Assembly: GCF_964188315.1 (NCBI RefSeq)
Contig: NC_135667.1
Location: 6,386,001-6,450,000, forward strand
From: Podarcis muralis
Taxonomy: Eukaryota
Reading direction: 5' to 3'
Length of the DNA: 64,000 bases
Positions 9,590 to 21,302 of this stretch are shown here, piece by piece (positions within the stretch are counted from its first letter, which is position 1; every line of letters starts with the position of its first letter). The notes under the pieces are model-generated. The model worked only from the letters and a program-made list of their open reading frames with translations, was not told where the DNA came from and made no database searches. The translations under genes and the position numbers were made by a program.

Positions 9590-12486
9590 CTTTATTCGGC
9601 TATAAGCCCACAAGGTAAAACCAATCAATAAATAAAATAGCATTTTATATTCTAAAATATCAACTAAAATATTTCAACGCATAATCTCCTTCACGTTACA
9701 TACAATCTCTAGATGTACCATATTGTGGCCTTGAATATAAAGATGGTGGATAGAGTTTACTAGATTTTTAATAGTCATGCAGCATTCCATGAAGTCTTTT
9801 ATATGAGAGAACTGAATTCAGGAATCTGGCAACCTGTAATGATCTATAAGAGTCAATGTCCTGGATTAGATAGGCTAGATGTAATTCAGGTGGTTTAGCA
9901 GCAGTTTCCAAAATGATTGAACTCAGAATCCTTGATCGGGGAACAATATATAAAGGACAATTAAACAAGATATGATAAAGGGATTCTATTGATTTGTTGT
10001 CACATGCGCATAAAACAGAGGTTTTACCGTTAGAAAATCTATTACTCAGCACATTTGAGGGGAACACATTAAATCTGGCTCTAACAAAAGCGAATCTATG
10101 CGACACAACCGATAAAGTAGACAGATATCGAGGTATCTGGGACATAAATGTAATGCCCTGATTTATCGGGGAACATGTACCTCCACCTGTAGTAAGATTT
10201 TGTTGCAAATCAACCTCCTCCATGACATGAATTTCACTCTCTCAGACAAAATAGTCACGCTCAAAATGATCACAGCCCGCCCCTTGCCACCCCAAAAGCA
10301 CAACTCGTCTTGTTTTTTTCCTCTTGACAGGAGAAGGTTCTCGAACGGATCACAGTCCTGAAGACCAAGGCAGAGGCTTTCCAGACCACTATTGCCAAGT
10401 AAGTTGAAAGGATGGGAGGGTAACCACAGGGAATTCTGGGTAATTTGTCCTCAGGACTGTTCTGCGCATTAGCACTTTGTTCTGGAGCACTTTTGGTTTC
10501 ATTTCACTTTGAGTCTGTTCTGGGTGACAGTCTAGCAGTAGAGCAGGTAACACACATTCTGACCATCAGCATCATTCTTCATTCCAGGTACTTTTTAGAG
10601 CGTGGAGATGCCGTCGCAAAGGCTTCCAAGGATACCCATGTGGTGAGTAACAGAATAACAGAAGTCCTTCCACTCAGACTTTGGGGGATCGGTTGAGGAG
10701 CGTCAGAGAGTTAATAGAATTGTAGAGTTGGAAGGGACCCTGAGGATCAGTTAGTCCAACCCCCTGCAATGGAGGAATATGCATCCGTCCCATATGGGGA
10801 TTAAACTGTAACCCTGGCATTATCAGCACCACGCTCTAACCTGTTGGAATTTTTAAGGCAAACAAAACTCCTTTCCTTGGGTCCAAGTACTGGGGCCCCT
10901 TTTTTTTAGCAGATTAATGCACAGCTTCCAAGTGTGTAGGGACGCGGGTGGCGCTGTGGGTTAAACCACAGAGCCTAGGACTTGCCGATCAGAAGGTCAG
11001 CAGTTCGAATCCCCGCGACGGGGTGAGCTCCCGTTGCTCGGTCCCTGCTCCTGCCAACCTAGCAGTTTGAAAGCACGTCAAAGTGCGAGTAGATAAGTAG
11101 GTACCGCTCCGGCGGGAAGGTAAATGGCGTTTCTGTGCTCTGCTCTGGTTCGCCAGAAGCGGCTTAGTCATGCTGGCCACATGACCCGGAAGCTGTCTGC
11201 GGACAAATGCCGGCTCCCTCAGCCTATAGAGCGAGATGAGTGCGCAACCCCAGAGTCGGTTACGACTGGACCTAATGATCAGGGGTCCTTTTACCTTTAC
11301 CTCCAAGTGTGTAGGAGTCCCAAGTCTTGCATGGCATGTAGAAATCAATCGCAGGAAGTGTTTTGTTACAACAGGAGTCTTTACTGTCATTCTTAAGCGT
11401 CACGGTTACAAACTCTACATGCATTTATCAGATCCCTGATGGAGGTTCAGCTTCATCTTAACGCTCTGGGCCTGACCCGAAAAGCTGCCAAACCAATCTC
11501 TTTACATCTTCCCACTGTGATAGCAGGGTTGAGACTAAACATCTCTCTCTGTCCAGCCCGGACGCAGCACATGTGTAGAAATCATTCTTCAGAATGGTCT
11601 TGTACCTGTTGTAAACAACTTAGCTTCTCGCAGCTTCACATATTGTTGTTTCTGAGAATGAATGACTCTCACCCAACATAACCAGCTGAGCTCTTCAGGC
11701 TGAGTGATTTAAGCCTTCCTTTAGGCTTTTTCAGAGGGACGTGGGTGGCGCTGTGGGTTAAACCACAGAGTCTAGGACTTGCCGATCAGAAGGTCGGTGG
11801 TTCAAATCCCCACGACAGGGTGAGCTTCTGTTGCTCGGTCCCTGCTCCTGCCAACCTAGAAGTTCGAAAGCACACCAAAGTGCAAGTAGATAAATAGGTA
11901 CCACTCCAGCGGGAAGGTAAACACTGTTTCCGTGCGCTGCTCTGGTTCGCCAGAAGCGGCTTAGTCATGCTGGCCACAGGACCCGGAAGCTGTACACCGG
12001 CTCCCTCGGCCAATAAAGTGAGATGAGCGCCGCAACCCCAGAGTGGCCACAACTGAACCTAATGGTCAGGGGTCCCTTTACCTTAGGCTTTTTCGGCCTT
12101 GAAAGGGTTCAAGCTCAAGAACTCGATCTTGGCCAGGAGAAACTTTTTAACGTCCTTGAAATGGTGTCCCTGGTTGTGATCTGACTTATCCCCTTGCAGA
12201 TGGATTACCGGTGTCTCGTTCATGAGCGGGATGAGGCCGTGTACAGGGAAATCCAGATGATGTTGCTCGATATCCGTGGGTTCTATGTGAGTATGCTAGG
12301 AGGGAGGTGACGGGTTAGTACAGCAGTCGAAAAAGAGAGGGAAATAGCGGAGCGCAACCGAGAAAAATCTCTTAGCGCTTACAAGTGTTCTGCCATCCGC
12401 TGCAGGCTGAGCTCTACCACATCTTGAGCAAAAACCTGGAGAAACTGACCAACCCCAAAGGTGAAGAGAAGCCATCCATGTACTGA
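2166..12486 (+). CDS. PSME2: Proteasome activator complex subunit 2 (PA28 beta), 11 coding exons, 239 aa
   Basis: Exons 2166-2213, 5143-5175, 5603-5665, 7006-7092, 7567-7597, 7707-7804, 8275-8343, 10331-10398, 10588-10642, 12200-12286, 12406-12486. All introns GT-AG; total 720 nt. Protein [16 protein letters not shown]...[18 protein letters not shown]...[18 protein letters not shown]...[15 protein letters not shown]...[11 protein letters not shown] matches vertebrate PA28 beta. Confidence 0.97.
3255..3365 (+). mobile_element. tRNA-Lys-derived SINE with CR1-like tail
   Basis: TAGCTGAGTTGGTAGAGCATGAGA.T.TAATCTCAGGG matches tRNA-Lys; related copies at 29829-29890 (+), 32268-32394 (-) and 40588-40700 (+). 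Confidence 0.7.
3372..3607. mobile_element. Tc1/mariner-type MITE family A (TIR CAGTGGTACCTC, TA TSD)
   Basis: TA-flanked TIRs; further copies at 40286-40508, 45402-45643 and 46376-46617. Confidence 0.85.
4378..4737 (+). mobile_element. Sauria SINE, variant subfamily
   Basis: Same architecture with diagnostic variants (GTAAAACCTCAG; CAGATGCAGCTTGTCAC) shared with the copy at 19938-20298. Confidence 0.88.
5224..5544. mobile_element. Tc1/mariner MITE family B (TIR CAGTGGTGCCTCGCAAGACGA; internal TTAGCGGC repeats)
   Basis: TA-flanked TIRs; further copies at 17020-17377 and 51950-52304. Confidence 0.85.
5745..6385 (-). mobile_element. L1-clade LINE 3' fragment (ORF2 C-terminal zinc knuckle)
   Basis: ORF 6015..6380: [21 protein letters not shown]...[16 protein letters not shown]. 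Confidence 0.8.
7169..7520. mobile_element. Probable hAT-type MITE in PSME2 intron 4
   Basis: Imperfect TIR CAGGGCCGGATTTA / TAAATCCAGCACTG; imperfect flanking repeat (A)TAAGGAT. Confidence 0.5.
8459..8808 (-). mobile_element. Sauria SINE
   Basis: Reverse complement of the family consensus; in PSME2 intron 7. Confidence 0.9.
8830..9540 (+). mobile_element. Degraded L1-clade reverse transcriptase fragment
   Basis: KQGCPLS-like and LGLFADDL motifs, [10 protein letters not shown]; interrupted by stops and an L2 tail. Confidence 0.75.
9537..9587. repeat. (GATA)n microsatellite
   Basis: Read directly from the sequence. Confidence 0.9.
9537..10225 (-). mobile_element. Non-LTR retrotransposon 3' fragment with a Cys/His knuckle and (TATC)n tail; clade unresolved
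   Basis: ORF 9768..10223: [21 protein letters not shown]; (GATA)n on + at 9537-9587. Confidence 0.55.
10715..10842 (-). mobile_element. tRNA-Ile-derived SINE with the same CR1-like tail
   Basis: On -: GGTTAGAGCGTGGTGCTGATAATGCCAGGGTT (tRNA-Ile-like), then TATTCCTCCATTGCAGGGGGTTGGACT...GGTCCCTTCCAACTCTACAATTCTA. Confidence 0.68.
10939..11301 (+). mobile_element. Sauria SINE with TSD TCCAAGTGTGTA
   Basis: Consensus match; direct repeat on both flanks. Confidence 0.9.
11736..12082 (+). mobile_element. Sauria SINE with TSD TTAGGCTTTTTC
   Basis: Consensus match; flanking direct repeat. Confidence 0.9.
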
Positions 12487-13544
12487 TTCTGGAATCTGTG
12501 ACAACCACCTCTGCCAACTTCTCCTATCTTTCTTTGGGTGTTTTGCTGTCATGTGGAAAGCAGAGCAATATGGGGTAAAAAGGAAAGGATTTTTTGGGAA
12601 TGGAGAGAGAGTCTAAAAGTGGATTCACAAATGTCTGTGGCTGAGTATGAATAATGCCTTAATGTGTGGCCTTTTCTTTCTTACAAAAGTTCTGTGAAAT
12701 GAAACATAATAAGAGCTGGAGAAATCCAAGTTTTCACTAGCTATGTTTTTTTTAATTGCTTGAATCTAGAACCACTGTGAACCCTCTCACTTTAGCACAG
12801 CCACCCCCAAGCTGGTTTCCCTCCAGATCTTGTGAACTACAACTCCCATCACCCACTACAAACGTGCTGCCTGAGGCTGATGGGAGTTGTAGTCCAAAAG
12901 GTCTGGAGAGCACCAAGTTCTCGCTTTGTAATCAGATTAATTTAGCCTGCTCCAGCCTCTGTTAAGATCATCACACTCATCTAAGAAATCCATACAGCAG
13001 AGACTTTAAACAATATTTTTCATTTTTGTGCTCTGAATTTCTGTGCCTGGCGGCTGTTTTCTGCCATTTGGAAGCTTGTGATACTTTGGAAATAACTACT
13101 TTGTCTCATAATAATAATAATAAAAACATGTCTTGTTTATTTTTCTGTCTGCTTCTCTTTCTTTGGGACTTGGGCCGTATGGGCCTGGGAAATTAAAACC
13201 AGCTTCTCCGCAGTTTGATCCTGGAACTGAATCGGAGGCAAAACAGTAATTGAGTGGCCAATCCTTGATATGATCTCCCGGTTTTATTTTATTCCCATTA
13301 AAGCAGCTACTGGGTGTTCCAGTTTTGATGGGATGTCTAAACCTTCCCCATAGGCTGTTGTTTTACCCCCAATCTGAATGCTTCCCCAGGTGCTAATAGC
13401 CCTGCTTTTAATAACCCCCGTTTCCTGGCCCAAGATCACCCAGTAAGGTTCATGGCTACGTGGGGATTTGAACCCAGGCGTTCCCGACACCACAACGCCA
13501 AACTGGTTCCCTTTGGTGTTACACCTGAACATAATGGATCAGTA

Positions 13545-14480
13545 ATAATAATAATAATAATAAAATTTTATTTATATCCCGCCCTCCCCAGCCGAAGCCG
13601 GGCTCAGAGCGGCTAACAACAGTAAAATTATACAACATTCTAAAATCATTTCATTATAAAATCAGTTCAAATCAGATTAATGGCAACCATTGGGCTAGAG
13701 TTCTGTGAGGATTGCCAAAGGAGGGGGTCAGGCTGTGCCGTGGCCAAAGGCCTGGTGGAACAGCTCTGTCTTGCAGGCCCTGCGGAAAGATGTCAAGTCC
13801 CACAGGGCCCTAGTCTCTTGTGACAGAGTGTTCCACCAGATCGGAGCCACAGCCGAAAAAGCCCTGGCTCTGGTTGCGGCCAGCCTAACCTCCCTGTGGC
13901 CTGGGACCTCCAAGATGTTTTTGTTTGAAGGGTCCTCCGTGGGACATACTAGGAGAGGCGGTCCCGCAGGTACGAGGGTCCTAGGCCGTAAAGGGCTTTA
14001 AAGGTTAAAACCAGCACCTTAAACCTGATCCTGTACCCCACCGGGAGCCAGTGCAGCTGGTATAGCACCGGGTGAATGTGATTCTGCGGCAAGGACCCCG
14101 TAAGGAGTCTCGCCGCGGCATTCTGCACCCGCTGGAGTTTCTGGGTCAGTCTCAAGGGCAGCCCCACATAGCGCGAGTTACAATAATTCAGTCTGGGGGT
14201 GACCGTCGCGTGGATCACAGTGGCTAGGTCAGGGCGAGAGAGGTAAGGAGCCAACTGCTTAGCTTGGTAGAGATGAAAAAATGCTGCCTTTGTTATAGCT
14301 GCAATCTGCTCCATGGAAAGGGAGGTATCGAAGATTACACCCAAACTCTTAACAGACGGTGCTGGCACTAACTGCGCCCCCACAAGAGATGGGAGTTGCC
14401 CCCTCAATCCCATATCATCCTGATCCAGCCACAGGACCTCTGTCTTCGAAGGATTTAACTTCAACCGGCTCCCACGTAAC
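13545..14480 (-). mobile_element. L2-clade LINE 3' fragment
   Basis: ORFs 13949..14464 (LKLNPSKTEVL...QKLQRVQNAAARLL) and 13728..13913 (RARAFSAVAPIWWNTL); (TTA)n tail. Confidence 0.85.
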
Positions 14481-14657
14481 CATCAGTATTTCTCTAGGAG
14501 CTGCTAGAAACTCAGCAGGTGCAGCTTTTCCTAGTTTGGTGGTACTGATGGGAAAGCTGCATCTGTTGAGTTTCTAACTGTGTACTATTAAAGGCATAGG
14601 CTGTCTATAGGGATGGGGGGGGGGAGAGGCAGCTTTGTATGTGACCCCCTATAATAT

Positions 14658-14985
14658 ATTTTAGGCTAATAATAATAATAATAATAATAATAAATCTTAT
14701 TTATATCCCGCCCTCCCCAGCCGAAGCCGGGCTCAGGGCGGCTAACAACAATAAAACAGTACAAAAGTACAACATAAACAACATTCTAAAATCATTCATT
14801 ATAAAAATTAATTAATTCAAGCCACTGGCAACCATTGGGCCAGAGCTCCGCAAAGATTGCCGAGGGAGGGAGTCAGGCTGTGCCCTGGCCAAAGGCCTGG
14901 TGGAACAGCTCTGTCTTGCAGGCCCTGCGGAAAGATGTCAAGTCCCGCAGGGCCCTAGTCTCTTGTGGCAGAGGGTTCCACCAGA
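14658..14985 (-). mobile_element. Second, shorter L2 3' end in tandem
   Basis: Near-identical to 13545-13830. Confidence 0.8.
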
Positions 14986-15099
14986 GAATACTACTTTATG
15001 TCCAACTTCCGGGTTTGGGGAGTGCAGGAACCACTCTAGCATATTATTTTATGATCCTGGGAAAGCGAGATCACTGAAGCCAGCAAAAGCCTAGAGAGG

Positions 15100-15650
15100 C
15101 ACAAACCGAGTTTCTGGTAAAGGCTGAAAGCCGCCATTGGGCATCATTCTCTATGGGCGAGGGACGGCGACGCTCTAGAAACCGTGGTAACTCTGTGGTT
15201 GGCAGCCCCTCTGCATTGGAAATCACGGGAGAGGGCGGAACCATAGAGGCGCGATTTGCCGAAAGGCGGGAGAGGCCTAGTTCGACACGAGACCGGAAGC
15301 GCCCTATTAGGCTGCTGTGGGGGAAGGAAGCCAGCTGATTTCACAAGACGCCGAGTGGGAGGAGTTTAGTTTAGCTCCCCCCCTAATTCAGGAAAAAAAC
15401 CTGGCCAATGGGAACGCACTCGCCCGAGGGCGGCGACCAATCGGAAGCGTAGAAGTGGACGTAGGCGAAGAGCGCGCGGTGATTGGTCGCGGGCGCGGCC
15501 AATGGCGGAGCTTGGAATGGATGGGGTGTTGTAGGAGGGGGTCTTTGAGCAGCAACCGCCTGGGCAGGCATGGAAAGGTGGGTGAAGAGGGGCTCGCGGG
15601 GCTGGTGGGGGGCGCAGGGGGGGGCGCCCTCCCAGGGGTCGCCTTCCTCC
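15100..15650 (+). promoter_or_regulatory. CpG island, probable EMC9 promoter and non-coding first exon
   Basis: High CpG density, several CCAAT/ATTGG boxes and an ETS-like CCGGAAGC at about 15293, lying 2 kb upstream of the EMC9 ATG exon. Confidence 0.65.
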
Positions 15651-15922
15651 CCACACTTTATTCCTCCGAGGCTCCTCGCAGTCTGAGGGGCAGCCCTGGG
15701 GAAGTGGGGCTCAGGGGTCGGGGCTGGAGGGAAGCTGCGCAGGGGTTGAGGGCGCTCAGAGAAGGGGGCCTGGGGGTTATGGGGCTGCTGAGGGGAGCAG
15801 GGCAGGGTCAGGCCCCCGGAGACACGGTTTTGGAGGCTGGGGCAGAGGGAGCAGTGGAGACCGACGACACAGGCTCAGTGATCATCATTATTCGGATTAT
15901 TGCATTTATGCCCCACTTTTAT

Positions 15923-16272
15923 GGGACGCGGGCGGCGCTGTGGGTTAAACCACAGAGCCTAGGGCTTGCCGATCAGAAGGTTGGCAGTTCGAATCCCCGC
16001 GACAGGGTGAGCTCCCGTTGCTCGGTCCCTGCTCCTGCCAACCTAGCAGCTCGAAAGCATGAAGTGCAAGTAGATAAATAGGTACCACTCCAGGGGGAAG
16101 GTAAACGGCGTTTCCATGCGCTGCTCTGGTTCACCAGAAGCGGCTTAGTCATGCTGACCACATGATCTGGAAGCTGTATGGCGGCTCCCTCGGCCAATAA
16201 AGCGAGATGAGCGCCGCAACCCCAGAGTCGGTCACGACTGGACCTAATGGTCAGGGGTCCCTTAACCTTTTA
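15923..16272 (+). mobile_element. Sauria SINE
   Basis: Consensus match; flanking repeat CCCCACTTTTA. Confidence 0.9.
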
Positions 16273-17019
16273 CCCCACTTTTACTCCCAAAGGGCTCTAG
16301 GTGGTGGATATGATTCTTCTCCCCCACCCACATTTAATCCCCACAACAGCCCTGCATGGCAGGCTAGGCTGAGAGGCAAGGACCGGACTCCAGCGAGTTG
16401 CACGGTCAGAGCTTTCCAAACTTTTCATGTTTTTAGACGCGCATCATTTCGCGAAACAGCGATTCAGTTTTACCAGCAAACCGGAGGTTCAAGTAACCCC
16501 TTTCCAGCCCCGGGAGGAGCATGATGTGTGTTTGCACAACACACACCTACGCACTGCAGCTGACACGTTGACGTGTCGTGACACGCATTTTGGAAAGCTC
16601 TACTCTAGGTCCCAGTCTGACACTCTCAAGCTTGGGTCCCCAGCTGTTGTTGGACTACAAATCCCATCATTCTTGGCTAGCAGGACCAGTTCTCAGGGAC
16701 GATGAGAGTTGTAGTAGTACAACAGCAGCTGGGGTTCTCACTTGCATCAGGATGCCTTTGTCAGAGATTTCCGGGGGGCACAGGTGGAGAGTCTCTGTGC
16801 CCCCAGGTGTTGCTGAGGCTCTATATCAACTCCAGCCAGCACAGCCAATTATCAGGTCTCTCTTCTCCAGGTTGACATCATTTTGTGGCAGAGGGAGCTT
16901 GCCCTCCCCAGCCTCCCACTTTCCTCTAGCGCTTGTGTGTGTGACATGTTGCGTTTGCCAGAACTTCCACTAGGCTTTTCTGAAAGGTACAGGCCCCTGC
17001 CCTCTGCGGGGAAGAAATA

Positions 17020-17377
17020 CAGTGGTGCCTCGCAAGACGAAAAGAATCCGTTCCACGATTCTCTTCGTCTAGTGGTTTTTTCGTCTTGCGAAGCAACCCC
17101 ATTAGCGGCTAAGTGGATTAGCACTATTAGCGATTTAGCAGCTCAGCGGCTATTAAAGGATTAGCGGCTAAGCTGCTAAAAGGCTATTAGTGGCTTAGCG
17201 GCTTTGAAAAAGGGGGAAAAACGCGGGGGGGGGGAATGGCGAGACTCGCAAGACGTTTTCGTCTTGCGAAGCAAGCCCATAGGGAAATTCGTCTTGCGAA
17301 GCAGCTCAAAAACGGAAAACCCTTTCGTCTAGCGGGTTTTCCGTCTTGCGAGGCATTCGTCTAGCGGGGCACCACTG
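17020..17377. mobile_element. Tc1/mariner MITE family B
   Basis: TA-flanked TIRs with an expanded TTAGCGGC array. Confidence 0.85.
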
Positions 17378-17612
17378 TATCGGGGTTTGGGAGGGCATCG
17401 GGGTGTGTGGATGGGAGATGATTGGGGAGGGGCAGGATCTGGATGTTGCGGGTAGCAGGGAGCTGTTGTCAAGCTGAAGGAAGGGTAGATGAGATCCTCA
17501 GATATTGTGGGAGAAGGCAATGAATGGAGAAAAAAACAGTTTCTGGGATAATGGTTATTAGGGAGCACCTGTTTTTCAGGATGCGGAACTGACGGCTCCT
17601 TTGCTTGGCAGG

Positions 17613-20600
17613 ATGGGTGAAGTGGAGATCTCTGCCCGGGCGTATGTCAAGATGTGTCTCCATGCTGCCCGCTACCCCCACGCCGCTGTCAACGGGCTGC
17701 TTTTGGCTCAGAGACGCCAGGCAACAGCCAGCCAGCCAGAATGCCTCTGTATTACAGACTGCATCCCCCTCTTCCACAACCACCTGTCGCTCACGGTTAT
17801 GCTGGAGGTGGCTCTGAATCAGGTATGTCCTTGGAGGGACGCAGATAGCAGAGGGGGGACCAGCAGGACACTTTAACCAAGGAATGAACCAACCGGGCAA
17901 CCCAGGGGTCGGGAACCTCTATTTGTCCAGATTTTCTGGGTTACAACTCCCCTCATTCCTGATCAGAAGCCATGCTGGCTGGGACTGGCGGGTGTTGAAC
18001 CTAGCAACACTAGAAGGCCATAGGTCTCTCCCCGCCCCCCCTCCCCCCCGGTGTAACCTCACACTAAATATCTCCCCCCCCAAAAAAATCATTAAATCAT
18101 TAACTGGTGGGTATGATGTAAGGTAGGGACACGGGTGGCGCTGTGGGTTAAACCACAGAGCCTAGGACTTGCCGATCAGAAGGTCGGCGGTTCGAATCCC
18201 CGCGACGGGGTGAGCTCCCGTTGCTCGGTCCCTGCTCCTGCCAACCTAGCAGTTCGAAAGCATGTCAAAGTGCAAGTAGATAAATAGGTACCGCTCCGGC
18301 GGGGAGGTAAACGGCGTTTCCGTGCGCTGCTCTGGTTTCACCAGAAGCGGCTTAGTCATGCTGGCCACATGACCCGGAAGCTGTACTCCCTCAGCCAGTA
18401 AAGCGAGATGAGCGCCGCAACTCCAGAGTCGTCCGCAATGGGACCTAATGGTCAGGGGTCCCTTTACCTTTTTATGATGTAAGGTCATAGAACTGGCTTC
18501 TTTTTTCTTTCCATCTTGCCTTTCAGGACAATTTTTTTAAAAAAGCGATTGAATCTCAGGTCTGCAATGAGGAGTAGTTCTAGCTCAGATGAAAAAAGAG
18601 AGAATCAAAGAGGGTTGCAAGAGACCAAAGCAACTGTTTATTCTTAGAAGCAAAAGATGTCTTGCACTTATAGGAGACGCAATCCGCTTTCCCCCAGGTC
18701 CCAATTTGTACCTTTATAGAATGGTGCAATATGCACAATGCTTAAATGGGATGTTAGCTAATTAAAAGCAAAGTACCAGAGTGCTACTCATTTTTGGAAC
18801 AGATCCATTGAAATGAAAGGACACAGTTACCTTAGGTCCATTAATTGTGCTAGGTGGACCCCAATGGTTTGAACAGCTTCCCGTGTTCCTATGAATTTAT
18901 ATGTCTTTTGCAGGTTGACATCTGGAGTTCGGAGCTGAACTTGCTCCTTGCTGGCTATTACCAAGCCAACTCTGGGCTGGACGACAAGAGGTAAATCTGG
19001 GGAGCAGAGTTTCGTTTATTAGTTATTAATTAGTTACACCCTGTCCATCTGGCCAGGCCTCCCCAGCCACTCTGGGCGGCTCCCAACACGATAAAACACC
19101 AATTATAAACTTCCCTAAACAGAGCTGTCTTCAGATGTCTTCCAAAAGTCATAGTTGTTTATTTCCTTGACATCTGATGGGAGGGTGTTCCACAGGGCGG
19201 GCACCACCACCGAGAAGGCCCTCTGCCCGGTTCCCTGTAGCTGCACTTCTCGCAATGAGGGAACCGCTAGAAGGCCCTCGGAGCTGGACCTCAGTGTCTG
19301 GGCTGAACGATGGGGGTGGAGACGCTCCTTCAGGTATACTGGGCCTTTGAGGCCGTTTAGGGCTTTCAAGATCAGCACCAACACTTTGAATTGTGCTCGG
19401 AAACGTGCTGGTTAGAGGCATCTCTCCTCCTTTAACCTGTCCTCTCCCTCCTTTCTGTGTTCCCCCGAAGCGCTTCTTTCCTCGCACAAAAGACTGTCGG
19501 ACGCATTGCTGAACTATATGAGGGCGCCGTTCTTATCATGGTGAGAGCTGGGATCGGGGCTAATTGGGTCTGGACTATGTAGTGCAGAGGTGGGCAATCT
19601 GTGTGTCCCCCCCCCCCCACCCCACCAGATGCCCCTTTCAAAATTTCTAGACTTTCCCATCTGTATCCAGCACTCCTTTCACATCCTGCCTCTTACCACC
19701 TAGCTTTACTTAAAGACAAGGCAGGGGTGTCTTTCCCCAGAGCTACAGAAACCTGACTGCTTTCGCCATCTGCTTACTGCCCCCAGTTGGATAACCGCAA
19801 GTTCACGATAAACCCCCGGGTCCCTCCAGTGATCGTTCTGGAGCAGAAGGATCGGCAGTGGATCCCCAAAGACAAGAACCTGTGAGTTAACCGCTGCCTG
19901 CAATTTCCCTTCTTTGCAAAAACCTCGTCACCATTTCGGGACGCGGGTGGCGCTGTGGGTAAAAGCCTCAGCGCCTAGGGCTTGCTGATTGAAAGGTCGG
20001 CGGTTCGAATCCCCGCGGCGGGGAGCGCTCCCGTTGCTCAGTCCCAGCGCCTGCCAACCTAGCAGTTCGAAAGCACCCCTGGGTGCAAGTAGATAAATAG
20101 GGACCGCTTACCAGCGGGAAGGTAAACGGCGTTTCCGTGTGCTGCGCTGGCTCGCCAGATGCAGCTTGTCACGCTGGCCACGTGACCCGGAAGTGTCTCC
20201 GGACAGCGCTGGCTCCCGGCCTCTTGAGTGAGATGGGCGCACAACCCTAGAATCTGTCAAGACTGGCCCGTACGGGCAGGGGTTCCTTTACCTTTACCAT
20301 CACCATTTCGGTTTGCATTTCCCCTCCCAAAACAAGCTGGTTGCTATTATTTCCACCTTACGATTTGGGAATGAGCTTGCAGGGACAGCGACATGCCCAA
20401 GTCCGGAGGAGGAATCGTTGGCAGAGGTGGGACAGGATCTCACCGACTGTCTGTGCAAAGACACTGGCTCTCCTCAGCTCTTTACCCGAAGCGTCAGCGA
20501 GAGAGAATTGTCTGTATTGAGATTTTTAATGCCCTTCTTTTGCTGGTTTCTAGGGTCATGTGGAGCGACTGGGAATCCTCTCGCCACATCTGCAAGACCC

Positions 20601-20734
20601 TCCTAGAAGACAAAGCTTACTCCCAGTTGGTGGATTTTGATGCCCACCTGGATGACATCAGAGAGGACTGGACCAATCAGCAGCTGAACACAAAAATTGC
20701 CCAGTTGGTATCAGTGGCCAATGGCAGTGCGTGA
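17613..20734 (+). CDS. EMC9: ER membrane protein complex subunit 9 (EMC8/9 family), 5 coding exons, 210 aa
   Basis: Exons 17613-17822, 18914-18990, 19471-19540, 19787-19881, 20554-20734; GT-AG; total 633 nt. Protein MGEVEISARAYVKMCLHAARYPHAAVNGLLL...LVDFDAHLDDIREDWTNQQLN. Position between PSME1 and PSME2 matches mammalian EMC9. Confidence 0.95.
18126..18472 (+). mobile_element. Sauria SINE with TSD TATGATGTAAGGT
   Basis: Consensus match; in an EMC9 intron. Confidence 0.9.
19020..19410 (-). mobile_element. L2 3' fragment (second family)
   Basis: ORF 19115..19384: VLILKALNGL...RAFSVVVPALWNTLP. Confidence 0.8.
19938..20298 (+). mobile_element. Sauria SINE, variant subfamily, TSD TCACCATTTC
   Basis: Closely matches the copy at 4378-4737. 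Confidence 0.88.
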
Positions 20735-21064
20735 AGGAATCATAGCTCACCCGCAGCAGTTAAGAGAAGGGCCCTCGGATGATCAGAGGCTAATCTCAGA
20801 CTGTTTTCGAGACTGCTGTAAAGAAACTGGATTTGCAGCTGGTGGGGTTTTTGAAATTCCTGCAGAAAAGGACCTGGCCAAAAACATTCACGGTTGTGCA
20901 AAAAAAAAAGGGGGGGGGGGAAGGACTCAAACCTTCTTTTTTTTTTTTTTTTTTTGTCCAATTGATAATTTTGGAAACATGTTGCTTCTAGATACAGACC
21001 TGGATTTATCCCCACCCCCTTTGAGAGATCCTGCACTTGTAGGAGATGAAAAGTTGTTGCTGCA

Positions 21065-21133
21065 TTTATTTAGTTTCATAACATAATAAATTTAAAAAAA
21101 CAAACACTTGTCAAATTTGAAAACCTCTTTATT
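21065..21133. terminator. Convergent polyadenylation signals: AATAAA on + (21085-21090, EMC9) and on - (21065-21070 and 21128-21133, PSME1)
   Basis: Hexamers read directly between the EMC9 stop (20734) and the PSME1 stop (21303). Confidence 0.55.
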
Positions 21134-21302
21134 TCGAAAGTGAATTGAAGCTGGTTGGCAGGAAGTTCCAGTTAACTGGATATCATTTAGAGCATTTAAA
21201 AAAACAACAACAAACCCAGAACAGCTTGTGTGAAATCAAGGCTGTTCTTGGTGAAAGGAGTTGTTTTTTTTCCTTCTTCCAGCCTGATCCTGGTGAGTTG
21301 GC

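Noticed and set aside
15317-16081. 254-aa ORF
   Set aside because: Low-complexity G/R-rich translation of a GC-rich CpG island that runs into a Sauria SINE; no recognisable domain.
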